DNA from: an uncultured bacterium
GTDB taxonomy: Bacteria > Oederibacteriota > Oederibacteriia > Oederibacteriales > Oederibacteriaceae
Reading direction: 5' to 3'
DNA: 64,000 bases
Assembly (NCBI GenBank): GCA_965112635.1
Contig: OZ218778.1
Span: 2,656,001 to 2,720,000 of the forward strand
A model generated the notes under the pieces. It saw nothing but the letters and a program-made list of their open reading frames with translations, ran no database searches and was not told where the DNA came from. Both the position numbers and the translations under genes were made by a program. Shown one piece after another: positions 28,946 through 38,223 of this stretch (position 1 is the stretch's first letter; every line of letters begins with the position of its first letter).

Positions 28946-29917
28946 TTAAACATTGGACTTGGCACTATCAATATCGACTAAAAAAACTTTGTCCACTTTA
29001 ACGATCCATCCTTTTATCTTTCTTTTCAGGCTGGCGATGGCAAACAAAGGACCGTCAGGAAGGAATACAGATAAAAATGGCGGGTCAAAATAATCAATAT
29101 TGTTGAGATTTGGATAGTCCTCATCGGCAATGATCAGAGGACGGCCATTCAGAAGCACTTTGGCTTTTTCCGGGACAATGGTTATGGAAGGCAAATGGGC
29201 CGCGGCCTCTTTCATGGAAACAAGGGTCCGCTGGCCCTGGTCAGACAGCCAGTTCTCTTCCCACTGGTCCGGAGTCAGCGCCTGCTGGAGACTAAAGGCA
29301 CCCACTTTCAGCCTCACCAGGGATTGCAGATAGGCTCCGCACCCCAGCTTTTCCCCTATATCGGCCGCTAGAGACCGTATATAGGTTCCGGCGGAGCAGA
29401 GAATAGAAAGCCTGATGACCGGAGAAGTGAAACCCAGCAGATCCAATCGTTTGACATGGACTTCCACGGGTTTCCGCTCGACCTCTTTCCCTTCTCTGGC
29501 GAGCTCATAAAGCCTTTTGCCCTGGTGCCGCTTCGCGGAGACCATGGGCGGGATCTGCTGGATTTTGCCTCTTAATCCCGACAAAACCTTTTCTAGGTCG
29601 TCTTTCGTCAAAGAAGGGACTTCTTTTTCCGCGACAGTGGTCCCTGCGGCATCCAGGGTGTCGGTGGTCCGGCCCAGGCAAACGGCGGCCTCATATTCTT
29701 TTTCGTCATTGAGATATTCGATCAGGCGCGTCGCTTTGCCCACGCATATAATCAGCACCCCGCTGGCTAAAGGGTCCAGGGTCCCGGTATGGCCGACCTG
29801 CTGGATCCTTGATTTGGAACGGATAAAGGACACGATGTCGTGGGAGGTCGGCCCGATCGGCTTGTGGATCACCCACAGACCATTGAGATGAGTGATTTTG
29901 TGCTTGGAAGGTGTCAT
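28946..29917 (-). CDS. truB: tRNA pseudouridine(55) synthase TruB
   Basis: KP.G.TSHD, VGHTGTLDPLASGVL, TDTLDA.G, Q.PP..SA, CS.GTYIRSLA.D.G. Confidence 0.97.
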   Translation of the reverse strand: MTPSKHKITHLNGLWVIHKPIGPTSHDIVSFIRSKSRIQQVGHTGTLDPLASGVLIICVGKATRLIEYLNDEKEYEAAVCLGRTTDTLDAAGTTVAEKEVPSLTKDDLEKVLSGLRGKIQQIPPMVSAKRHQGKRLYELAREGKEVERKPVEVHVKRLDLLGFTSPVIRLSILCSAGTYIRSLAADIGEKLGCGAYLQSLVRLKVGAFSLQQALTPDQWEENWLSDQGQRTLVSMKEAAAHLPSITIVPEKAKVLLNGRPLIIADEDYPNLNNIDYFDPPFLSVFLPDGPLFAIASLKRKIKGWIVKVDKVFLVDIDSAKSNV

Positions 29918-32502
29918 TGGGCTGGAACAACTTTAAAAGCGAACTCGCTCCCCCGGACTATCACGTTCACGGTGTCTCCTTGTTTGATGCCGTTTTCCAG
30001 TATCAATTCTGAAAGCGGGTCCATGATCCTGGTCTGGATGAGCCGCTTCAGCGGCCTTGCCCCATAAACCGCGTCGTAGCCCTCCAGACTCAAAAGATCT
30101 TTGGCTTCTTCCGAAAGATGGATGGAATAACGCTTCTCCCTGACCATTTCCTCCACTTTCTTGATCTGGATCTCGATGATTTTCTTCAGATGGTCCTTGG
30201 TCAAAGGTCTGAAAAAAACGATCTCGTCCAGTCGGTTCAAAAATTCCGGCCTCAGGGTCCTCTTGAGTTCCTCCATCACTCCCTGGCGCATCTTATTCTC
30301 TTCGTTAAAGAATTCCTGGACCACATGGGAACCGATATTGGAGGTCATGATGATGACGGAGTTGTTAAAACGGACCGTATGGCCGTGGCTGTCGGACAAA
30401 CGTCCCTCGTCCAGAACCTGCATGAACAGGTTAAGGACTTCAGGGTGCGCCTTTTCGACCTCATCCAAAAGGATCACGGCGTAAGGCCTGCGCCTGATCA
30501 ACTCCGTCAGTGCTCCGCCCTGCTCATAACCGATATATCCTGGAGGGGCTCCGATAAGGCGCGCCACCTCGTGCTTTTCCATGTATTCCGACATATCCAG
30601 CCTGACAATGGCCTTTTCGTCGTCGAACAAGAATTCAGCCAGGGCCTTGGAAAGCTCCGTTTTACCCACTCCGGTTGGTCCCAAAAACAAGAAGGACCCA
30701 ATCGGGCGGTTCTGGTCGGACAACCCTGTCCTGGACCTGCGGATGGCCCGGCAAACCGCCGTGACCGCCTGGTCCTGGTTTACCAAACGTTCATGGATCC
30801 TATCTTCCATTTTCAAAAGCTTATTGGACTCTGATTCCATCAGGCGGGTCAGGGGGATCCCCGTCCATTTTGAGACAACTTCCGCGATATCGTCTTCTCC
30901 GACCTCCTCCTTGAGCATTTTCCTGTTTTTTTGGAGGCCCTGCAACTTCGCCTCGAACTCCTGCAGGTCCTTTTGCAGGCTAGGAAGGATCCCGTAGCGT
31001 ATCTCCGCGATCTTACCCAGTATCTGTTCGCGCTCCGCAGCCTGCTCCTGATTTTTGGCGTCTTCGATCTTGGCCTTGAAGTCCTGTATTTTCAGGATAA
31101 TGTCCTTTTCTTTCTGCCAGTGGCTGGTGGCGTCCTCATATTTTGCCTTCAGGACCTTAAGCTCCTCGTCTATCTTCTTGCCCCTTTCCTGGGCCGAGGT
31201 ATCTTTTTCCAGCTTGAGCGCCTCCCGTTCGACCTGCAGCTGGCTGATACGCCTATTAAGCTGGTCCACTTCGATCGGCATGCTGTCGATCTCCATCCTC
31301 AATTTCGCGGCCGCCTCATCCATCAGGTCGATGGCTTTATCCGGCAGGAAACGGTCGGCCAAATACCTTTTGGAAAGCACCGCCGCCGCGACCAACGCAT
31401 TGTCCTGGATACGCACGCCATGGTGCAGCTCGTACCGTTCCTTGATCCCCCGCAGGATAGAGATCGTATCCTCCACCGAAGGCTCCTTTACCAAAACCGG
31501 CTGGAAACGGCGCTCCAGGGCAGCGTCTTTCTCAATATAATTCCTGTATTCGTTCAGGGTGGTGGCACCCACACACCTCAATTCGCCCTTCGCCAAAGCC
31601 GGCTTTAAGAGGTTGGATGCGTCCATGCTCCCGCCTTCTGTGGCCCCGGCCCGGACGATCATATGCAGCTCGTCGATGAACAGTATGACCTTCCCCTGCG
31701 CCTGGCTGATTTCTTTCAAAACAGCCTTGAACCTTTCTTCAAATTCTCCCCTGAATTTGCTTCCCGCCAATAGTGCTCCCAGGTCCAGGGACAAAACCCT
31801 TTTATCTTTGAGCGTGGTCGGCACGTCTCCCCTGACGATTCGCTGGGCCAGCCCTTCCACGATCGCGGTTTTTCCCACTCCCGGCTCGCCGATCAGCACC
31901 GGGTTGTTCTTTGTCCGCCGGGCCAGGACCTGGACAATGCGCCGCACTTCTTCCTCCCTGCCGATGACAGGGTCCATCTTTCCTCTTTTTACGGCGTCCG
32001 TGAGGTCCTGGCAGAACCGCTTCAGGGCCTGGAACTTTTCCTCGGGGTTTTGGTCCACGACGCTTTGGCCGCCTCTCAGCTCCGCAAGGACTTTCCTGAC
32101 TTGCTCCAAGCCTATTCCGGCCTTTTTCAGGATCCCGGCGGCTTCGCCGCCCTTTTCTTCCATGATCGAGAGTAAAAGGTGTTCCACGCTGACATATTCG
32201 TCATGGAAGGCTTCCGCCTGGTTAAAAGCTCCATTAAGGACCTTTTCCATGCGCGGGGAAACGGTCAGGCTACCCCCCGTGACCTTGGGCAGGCCGCCCA
32301 AAAACCTTTCCAGGGCCTGCTGGGTTTGCCCGACGGAAGCCCCTGCTTTTTTGAATATTTGCGGCACAAAACCTTCCTCGTCGCGCAACAGGACCAATAG
32401 CAGGTGTTCGGGCAAAAACTCGGAATGGCTGCTGGAACTCGCCAGCCTTTGCGACTGTTCCAGGGCTTCCTGGGATTTGTAGGTCAATTTATCTAATTGC
32501 AT
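29914..32502 (-). CDS. clpB: ATP-dependent chaperone ClpB
   Basis: Clp-N domain; two AAA+ modules ([16 protein letters not shown]); long middle coiled coil; [11 protein letters not shown]. Confidence 0.97.
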   Translation of the reverse strand: MQLDKLTYKSQEALEQSQRLASSSSHSEFLPEHLLLVLLRDEEGFVPQIFKKAGASVGQTQQALERFLGGLPKVTGGSLTVSPRMEKVLNGAFNQAEAFHDEYVSVEHLLLSIMEEKGGEAAGILKKAGIGLEQVRKVLAELRGGQSVVDQNPEEKFQALKRFCQDLTDAVKRGKMDPVIGREEEVRRIVQVLARRTKNNPVLIGEPGVGKTAIVEGLAQRIVRGDVPTTLKDKRVLSLDLGALLAGSKFRGEFEERFKAVLKEISQAQGKVILFIDELHMIVRAGATEGGSMDASNLLKPALAKGELRCVGATTLNEYRNYIEKDAALERRFQPVLVKEPSVEDTISILRGIKERYELHHGVRIQDNALVAAAVLSKRYLADRFLPDKAIDLMDEAAAKLRMEIDSMPIEVDQLNRRISQLQVEREALKLEKDTSAQERGKKIDEELKVLKAKYEDATSHWQKEKDIILKIQDFKAKIEDAKNQEQAAEREQILGKIAEIRYGILPSLQKDLQEFEAKLQGLQKNRKMLKEEVGEDDIAEVVSKWTGIPLTRLMESESNKLLKMEDRIHERLVNQDQAVTAVCRAIRRSRTGLSDQNRPIGSFLFLGPTGVGKTELSKALAEFLFDDEKAIVRLDMSEYMEKHEVARLIGAPPGYIGYEQGGALTELIRRRPYAVILLDEVEKAHPEVLNLFMQVLDEGRLSDSHGHTVRFNNSVIIMTSNIGSHVVQEFFNEENKMRQGVMEELKRTLRPEFLNRLDEIVFFRPLTKDHLKKIIEIQIKKVEEMVREKRYSIHLSEEAKDLLSLEGYDAVYGARPLKRLIQTRIMDPLSELILENGIKQGDTVNVIVRGSEFAFKVVPAQ

Positions 32503-32530
32503 GGCTCTTTTTCCCGCTCCTCACCAATGC

Positions 32531-33967
32531 TCATTTTTCTTTTTCTGCTTCTGCTTCCTTGAAGGTCAGATACTGGGTCATGCCCTGTCTTTCCACCAGC
32601 ATGACAACGTTTGCACCCGCCTTGAGGCTGCCCGCGATCTTGTTAAAGCTTTGAAGGTCTTTAACCTTGAGGTTGTTGATCTCTTCTATCACGTCTCCTT
32701 GGGCCAATCCCGCCTCGGCAGCCGGACTGGAGGGGTCTACCGCATCCACGATGACGCCTTCCTTCGCCTTTATCTTGTAATTCGCCCTGATCTGGTCGGT
32801 TATTTCCTCGACCCCAAAGCCCAGCTTGTTTTCTGTGTTGCCTTCCGGCTCTTCCGAAGTTCCCCGGTATGCCGCTTCTCCCTTTTCCCGTTCCGAGACC
32901 TTTACCTTGGCGGTTTCGCTCTCCCCATTCCTGAAATATTTTATCTCAGCCTCCTGGTCCACGGGAAAGGCAGCCACCGCGTTTTGGAGTTCCCGGGGAT
33001 TGGTGACTTTGGTCCCGTTGAACTCCACGATGACATCCCCGTTCTTGATCCCGGATTTATCGGCTGGACCGCCTTCTTGGACTCCGCTCACGAGAACCCC
33101 GTCTTTGGAACTGAATTTAAAATTTTTAGCCAGCTCTTCGGTCAGGGGCTGGATCGTGACGCCCAGCCATCCCCGGATCACTTTGCCGTTCTTAACAAGC
33201 TGGCTGTAGATATTCTTGGCGATATTGATCGGGATGGCAAAGCTCACTCCGGCATAGGACCCCGTGTTGGTTTCAATGGCGCTGTTGATCCCGACCACTT
33301 CCCCCTTTAAATTCACCAGGGGACCGCCGCTGTTACCTGGATTAATGGCCGCATCGGTTTGGAGAAAATCATCATAGGGACCCTGGCCGATGACCCTGCC
33401 CTTGGCGCTGATAATTCCGTGGGTCACGGTCTGTTCCAGCCCGAACGGGCTTCCCACGGCCACGACCCAGTCCCCTACCTCCAAAACGTCCGAGTCGCCC
33501 ATGGCGGCCACTGGAAAATCACTGCCTTTTTGTATTTTGATGACGGCGATATCGGTCTTGCTGTCCTTGCCCACGATCTTGGCCTTGAACTCCCTGCCGT
33601 CAGCGAGTTTCACCTTTATTTCGGACGCTTTTTCCACCACATGGTTGTTGGTCAGGACATACCCTGCTTTATCCACGATAACCCCGGACCCCAGGCTGTT
33701 CTGCTTGAGGTCTCCCTCGGGGACGCCAAAGAACCTTTGGAAAAAGTCGTTCCCAAAAAATTCCCGCATCTGGCCTTCCTGGTCTTTCCAGGGATTCTTG
33801 ATCACTTGCACCGTATTGATATTCACCACAGCCGGCTTGACCATTTTAGCCACCTGGGCAAAGGAAGCCGGGATAAATCCGCTCGCTCCTGCGGGTGAAG
33901 AATAAATAGGAGCCGGCAGGCCGGCCATTGTCAAAAGGACCAGGAGCATCAATAATGTTTTTCTCAT
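32531..33967 (-). CDS. degP: DegP/DegQ (HtrA, Do family) periplasmic serine protease with two PDZ domains
   Basis: Signal peptide; LGSGVI, TNNHVV, DIAV, QTDAAINPGNSGGPL. Confidence 0.95.
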   Translation of the reverse strand: MRKTLLMLLVLLTMAGLPAPIYSSPAGASGFIPASFAQVAKMVKPAVVNINTVQVIKNPWKDQEGQMREFFGNDFFQRFFGVPEGDLKQNSLGSGVIVDKAGYVLTNNHVVEKASEIKVKLADGREFKAKIVGKDSKTDIAVIKIQKGSDFPVAAMGDSDVLEVGDWVVAVGSPFGLEQTVTHGIISAKGRVIGQGPYDDFLQTDAAINPGNSGGPLVNLKGEVVGINSAIETNTGSYAGVSFAIPINIAKNIYSQLVKNGKVIRGWLGVTIQPLTEELAKNFKFSSKDGVLVSGVQEGGPADKSGIKNGDVIVEFNGTKVTNPRELQNAVAAFPVDQEAEIKYFRNGESETAKVKVSEREKGEAAYRGTSEEPEGNTENKLGFGVEEITDQIRANYKIKAKEGVIVDAVDPSSPAAEAGLAQGDVIEEINNLKVKDLQSFNKIAGSLKAGANVVMLVERQGMTQYLTFKEAEAEKEK

Positions 33968-33969
33968 TT

Positions 33970-34374
33970 CTATTCTCCTTTCGAACTCGTTTTGGTTTCG
34001 GTTTTTTTCTGGGTTTCACCCTGCGCCTTTGGTTCTGAACCGGCAGGCGCGCTCTTTTCGGCTGGCGCGGGCGCGCTGGGCTTGGTGTCTGCCTTGACGG
34101 TTTCTTTCACCTCGCTCTTCTTCTCTTTGTTCTCTCCGCTGGTTTTGGTTTCCGTGGCCTTAGTTTCCTCTTTTTGCTTCTGCTTGTATTCCTGGCTTCT
34201 GTATTCGGTCTGATAAAATCCGCTGCCCTTAAAGATGAAATTGACGTTCTGCGCCAGCATCCTTTTGGCGGAACCACCGCAGGCAGGGCAGGCCGGTGTC
34301 TGCTCATCCTTGATGCTCTGGAAAACCTCAAAATGATTCCCGCACTTTAAGCAGGAGTATTCATAAGTCGGCAC
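33970..34374 (-). CDS. FmdB family zinc-ribbon regulatory protein
   Basis: GTG start after AGGAG giving MPTYEYSCLKCG...CPACGG...FKGSGFY.T.Y plus low-complexity tail; the track start 34509 runs into a palindromic element. Confidence 0.9.
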   Translation of the reverse strand: MPTYEYSCLKCGNHFEVFQSIKDEQTPACPACGGSAKRMLAQNVNFIFKGSGFYQTEYRSQEYKQKQKEETKATETKTSGENKEKKSEVKETVKADTKPSAPAPAEKSAPAGSEPKAQGETQKKTETKTSSKGE

Positions 34375-34411
34375 TCGGCTGTTTCTCCTTTTGAAATATT
34401 TTACTACTACT

Positions 34412-34531
34412 GGCAAGAAAACCACAGGCATAAGCCTGTGGATGAATTGCCAGCCCGGAGCATCGCGGAGGAGTAGCAAACATAATAAATTCTTCCGCTT
34501 TAATACCATGGGTGTTAACCCGTGGTAGTTT
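34412..34531. mobile_element. Short non-autonomous palindromic element resembling IS200/IS605-family ends (PATE/REP-like)
   Basis: Two subterminal hairpins, CCACAGGC-ATAA-GCCTGTGG (34422-34441) and TACCATGGG-TGTTAA-CCCGTGGTA (34504-34527); no transposase. Confidence 0.4.
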
Positions 34532-34610
34532 ATTATTTTTTGGCTAAATCACCAAGTGGCTAAACCCGGATTTCTTCCGGTAATTTTGACACTTTTTCTA
34601 ATGACCGTTT

Positions 34611-34874
34611 TTAAGCTTTGCCTTTCATTTTTTTCACAAAAACTATAACAATGTTGCCGTCTTGCTCATAGCCAAGGTACTCGTGCCCTGTTCCATGGCA
34701 CCACGCGGGCATATCAATGGTGATCGCGAAATCGCTTGCCTTTACCTCCAAAACCTCGCCTGCTTCGATCGCCCTGATAGCCTCCGAGGTCTTGATGATG
34801 GGATAAGGGCAAACCATGCCTACGGTATCCAAAACCATCGCGGCCTTGATCTCATTCCCGCTACTATCTTTCAC
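34611..34874 (-). CDS. TusA/SirA family sulfur carrier
   Basis: LD..G..CPYP (CPxP), GEVLEV.A.D....D.PAWC..TGH. Confidence 0.9.
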   Translation of the reverse strand: MKDSSGNEIKAAMVLDTVGMVCPYPIIKTSEAIRAIEAGEVLEVKASDFAITIDMPAWCHGTGHEYLGYEQDGNIVIVFVKKMKGKA

Positions 34875-34965
34875 TTACATAAGCCTCCAGCGATTTAAGG
34901 AAAACCTCAGGGTTAAACCAGGTTTTAGCAAGGTTAAGTCCGTCTTGAAATAAGTCAAAAAAAAC

Positions 34966-35119
34966 TGGTGCGAGGGGCGGGAAATTGCCTTCCGGTCATC
35001 TCTCTCTCGAGAGATGCCTCCAGGCGGGGCTCGCACCTACCTGCCTCTGGCAGGTGCCAGGTGCTCCGCCTTTCAACTCCCTCAAGCGGACGCTCCCGCG
35101 TCCGCCTATCTACGCTCGC
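34966..35119 (-). ncRNA. tRNA-Leu-derived 154-nt structured element ending in CCA (pseudo-tRNA or tRNA-like RNA)
   Basis: Last 17 nt identical to the tRNA 3' end; 5' GCGAGCG pairs 6/7 with CCCTCGC; retains CGCTTGAGG and GAAAGGC; three extra perfect hairpins. Confidence 0.5.
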
Positions 35120-35154
35120 CAATTCTTATATTGTTGATGCCACTTCAAAATCAA

Positions 35155-35238
35155 TGGTGCGAGGGGCGGGAGTTGAACCCGCAAGCCTTTCGGCATACGC
35201 ACCTCAAGCGTACGTGTCTGCCATTCCACCACCCTCGC
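35155..35238 (-). tRNA. tRNA-Leu (anticodon GAG)
   Basis: GCGAGGG acceptor; TACGC-TTGAGGT-GCGTA anticodon arm; GCC-GAAA-GGC variable arm; GCGGG-TTCAACT-CCCGC T arm; encoded CCA; 84 nt. Confidence 0.97.
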
Positions 35239-35263
35239 TTCACTCTGCCGGCAACATAATAAA

Positions 35264-35445
35264 GCGTTACCTCTCAGAGTGAAGCGCACCGAGAAGCCTC
35301 TCGGTACCGCGAACTGTTTCCTTTCAGAGTTAGGCGCATCGACTCTTTTCAGTTCCCGTACGGGGAACAGCCGTTCGATACTGCGAAAACTCTAAATACT
35401 TTAAATTAATGCGTTTCCCCTCAGAGTGAAGCGTACTGCAAAAAC
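35264..35445 (-). repeat. Three imperfect tandem repeat units in the tRNA leader
   Basis: Plus-strand core GTTwCC..TCAGAGTkArGCGy then ACyGCrAA at 35264-35314, 35315-35390 and 35411-35445, with a variable hairpin inserted at the same position. Confidence 0.8.
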
Positions 35446-35476
35446 CCCAAAGCCAATCTTCCTACAAGGGTAGTTT

Positions 35477-35505
35477 ATATTAAGAAAAAACACCTTTTTT
35501 GACAA
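35477..35505 (-). promoter_or_regulatory. Sigma-70 promoter for the tRNA-Leu transcript
   Basis: TTGTCA-17 bp-TAATAT. Confidence 0.6.
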
Positions 35506-35538
35506 GGGGGGCGTAACGAATAGGGGGCTGAAAAAACC

Positions 35539-36873
35539 TTACGGCTTGTCTTGATCCAAATGGATTTTGGATTGGTCCCCCACAACCACCAACACGTATT
35601 TCTCCGGGTTCAGATATGTTTTGGCTACTCGCAACACATCTTCCCTGGTCAGCTTGCGGATAATCTTCGGATATTTATCCACGTAATCCAGCCCCAAACC
35701 GAACAGCTCGATGTTCAGAAGCATGGCGGCGATCTTGGCGTTGGTATCCAGGCGCATGGGAAAATAACCGGTCAGGAAAGACCGGGCATTTTCAAACTCC
35801 TTCTCGCCAACCGGCTCTGTCCGTATCCGCTGTATTTCCTGAGCCATAAGCTTCAAAGCCTCCGGAGTGCTTACATCCTTTGTCTGCAGATTGACTTGGA
35901 AAAAACTGGGGAAATACTTGGCGTCAAAATAACTATCCACGTCATAGACCAGAGCGTTTTCCACCCGGATCTTCTCAAATAACCGCGAGGCAAATCCCCC
36001 TCCGCCCAGGATATAATTCAGCACGGTCACGGCATACCAATCCGGGTTCAATCTGGACAGGCCCGGATGGCCCCAGATCACGGTCGCCTGGGTCAAGTCC
36101 TTATCGATCGTCTTGACCACGGTCTTTTCCAAGGCTGGAGTCTGATATTCCGGCTTTACGACCGGCTTGTCCCCTTTTTTCCAGGACCCCAGACACTTCT
36201 GGACGATGCCCAGGGCTTCTTCTTTCGTGATATCCCCCACGATGGCGAGGATGGCGTTGTCAGGAAGATAATAACGGCCGTAGAAGTTCACCAGGTCTTC
36301 ACGGGTGATGTTCGGCAGGGTTTCTGCTTTTCCTTCCGCAAGCCTGCCATACGGATGGTCCCCAAAAAGAGCGCCAAGGAAAGTTCGTTGGGCCAGTTCC
36401 TCCGGCTCCTGTTCCTGCCTTTTTAGTTCAGCCAGGATGCGCTTGACCGCCCTTTGCTGTTCAGCCTCGGGAAAAGTGGGATGCAAAAGCGCGTCGCCGA
36501 ATATTTCCATCCCCTGACCCAGATATTTCTTGAGGACCGTCAGGTTGAGGCTTGCGGTATCTGCTCCGGCAGAAGATCCCAGGGAGGCTCCCAAAAAATC
36601 AATGGCATTACTGATTTCCGTGGCGGTACGGGTCAGGGTTCCTTCGGTCAGCAAGCTTGCCGTAAGGTTGGCCAGCCCCGCCTTGGCAGACGGTTCATAA
36701 TAAGAACCGGCCTTGACCATCAGGGAGAACGTCACAATAGGCAGCTTATGTTGTTCGGAAACCAGCACGACCAGTCCGTTGTCCATCACCGCTCTTTGGC
36801 CCAGGTCTTTGGCCTCCAGTTTCAAACAGACAAGGGCCAGCATAAGGCAGCAAGCCAGGATTCTTCTCATCAT
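35539..36873 (-). CDS. M16 family peptidase, non-catalytic subunit, exported
   Basis: Signal peptide; GLANLTASLL.EGT replaces HxxEH; ILGGGGF.SRL...IR. Confidence 0.9.
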   Translation of the reverse strand: MMRRILACCLMLALVCLKLEAKDLGQRAVMDNGLVVLVSEQHKLPIVTFSLMVKAGSYYEPSAKAGLANLTASLLTEGTLTRTATEISNAIDFLGASLGSSAGADTASLNLTVLKKYLGQGMEIFGDALLHPTFPEAEQQRAVKRILAELKRQEQEPEELAQRTFLGALFGDHPYGRLAEGKAETLPNITREDLVNFYGRYYLPDNAILAIVGDITKEEALGIVQKCLGSWKKGDKPVVKPEYQTPALEKTVVKTIDKDLTQATVIWGHPGLSRLNPDWYAVTVLNYILGGGGFASRLFEKIRVENALVYDVDSYFDAKYFPSFFQVNLQTKDVSTPEALKLMAQEIQRIRTEPVGEKEFENARSFLTGYFPMRLDTNAKIAAMLLNIELFGLGLDYVDKYPKIIRKLTREDVLRVAKTYLNPEKYVLVVVGDQSKIHLDQDKP

Positions 36874-38207
36874 TTCTCCTCGTTTTGGCTGGTGTCTTTT
36901 TCAGCCTGCGGTATCAGGATACCCACGGTCCGGTTATCTTCGGTCAGATATTTGGCGGCAACCCTTAAAAGGTCCTTTGGCGTGACCGCCTGGATTCCTG
37001 GTAGATACTTTTCCCAGTCTTTCCAAGAGGAACATGCTTCATATCTCCCCAGCTCCCCGGCCAGGTCAAAGATCGAATCCTGGCTCTGGATAAAATCGGC
37101 TTCGATCTGGTTCTTGGCTTTCTGCAGCTCCGTCGGAGGAACCGGTTCTTTTTTCAATTTCTCGATTTCCTCATAAAGGGCCTGTTCAACCTTGTCCACG
37201 CTCACGCCGGGTAAAGCCTCGGCGTAAACATAAAAAAGCTCAGGATCATGGGATACCCTGTCATATTCGCCCTCGGCAAAGGTAGCCAGCTGCTTTTGAT
37301 AGACCAGGCTCTGATAGAGGCGTGAGCTTTTGCCTCCTGAAAGAACGACCGCCAGCACATCCAGGCTGAAGCTGTCCGGGTCAGACTGGTTGGGGGTATG
37401 GTACCCGGCAAACACAAAGGGCAGCTTGGCTTCTTTTTTGAGGAAGACACGGCGCTCTCCCCGCTGGGGCGGCTCGACAAAAGTCGTCTGGGGAGGAACA
37501 GGCCTGCTGGGGATAGGCTCAAAATACTCTCTAACTTTTTTAATAAAGACTTCCGGGTCGACATCCCCGGCTATGACCAGAAAAGCGTTGTTGGGCACAT
37601 AATAGGTGTGGTACCAGTTTTGCAGGTCCTCGATTTTATAGCGGTCGATGTCCTGCATCCAGCCGATGACCGGCCAACGGTAGGGGTGGATTTGGAAGGC
37701 CGTGGCCATCATCTGTTCCACCACGGCATGCACCGGATCGTCCTCGTAGCGCATTCGGCGCTCTTCCTTGACGACCAGCCGTTCCGACTGGAACTCCTTA
37801 TCCAGCAAAGCCAGGTTCTGCATCCGGTCGGACTCCAGTTTTAAGGAGAGCTCCAGCCGGTCCGAGGCAAAATTCTCGTAAAAGGTGGTGTAATCCTGAG
37901 TGGTATAGGCATTGTCGATGCCGCCCTGGCTCTGCACGATCTTGGAAAATTCCCGCGGCCCTATCTTTTGGGTGCCCTTGAACATCATATGTTCCATCAT
38001 ATGGGACAAACCGGTCTTGCCTATCCGCTCCAGCCTGGACCCGACCCTGTACCAGACCTGGAAGGTCGCCACCGGCGCTTTATGCTCCTCGATGAACAGC
38101 ACCCTGAGCCCGTTCTTGAGCGCATACTCTTTGACCGGGATGCTCATCTGGGCCGGCGCAGCCACAGCCCAGAGCATTACTACAATAAACAGCAGGTTCT
38201 TTTTCAA
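36870..38207 (-). CDS. M16 family zinc peptidase, catalytic subunit, exported
   Basis: Signal peptide; WYRVGS, GLSHMMEHMMFKG, NAYT..DYT, EERRMR. Confidence 0.93.
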   Translation of the reverse strand: MKKNLLFIVVMLWAVAAPAQMSIPVKEYALKNGLRVLFIEEHKAPVATFQVWYRVGSRLERIGKTGLSHMMEHMMFKGTQKIGPREFSKIVQSQGGIDNAYTTQDYTTFYENFASDRLELSLKLESDRMQNLALLDKEFQSERLVVKEERRMRYEDDPVHAVVEQMMATAFQIHPYRWPVIGWMQDIDRYKIEDLQNWYHTYYVPNNAFLVIAGDVDPEVFIKKVREYFEPIPSRPVPPQTTFVEPPQRGERRVFLKKEAKLPFVFAGYHTPNQSDPDSFSLDVLAVVLSGGKSSRLYQSLVYQKQLATFAEGEYDRVSHDPELFYVYAEALPGVSVDKVEQALYEEIEKLKKEPVPPTELQKAKNQIEADFIQSQDSIFDLAGELGRYEACSSWKDWEKYLPGIQAVTPKDLLRVAAKYLTEDNRTVGILIPQAEKDTSQNEEK

Positions 38208-38223
38208 GCTCTTTTCACCTTTA

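Noticed and set aside
34540-34565. Possible CIRCE (HrcA) operator upstream of the degP-clpB operon
   Set aside because: It is a direct repeat of TGGCTAAA, not TTAGCACTC-N9-GAGTGCTAA; length and symmetry do not fit.
34966-35171. Integrated prophage or island at tRNA-Leu
   Set aside because: The 17-bp duplicates are only 189 bp apart and no integrase is present; reported instead as a tRNA-derived element.
35264-35390. Glycine riboswitch or hammerhead similarity (CTCTCAG/CTTTCAG; CTGA...GAAAC)
   Set aside because: The GGAGA and CCGAAG elements are not in the required order, and the hammerhead CUGANGA core with stem II is not formed.
35264-35445. Leader repeats read as a mini-CRISPR array (GTTTCC...AAAAC ends)
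   Set aside because: Units are imperfect, spacing is irregular (0 and 20 bp), the variable sequence lies inside the unit, and there are no cas genes in the window.
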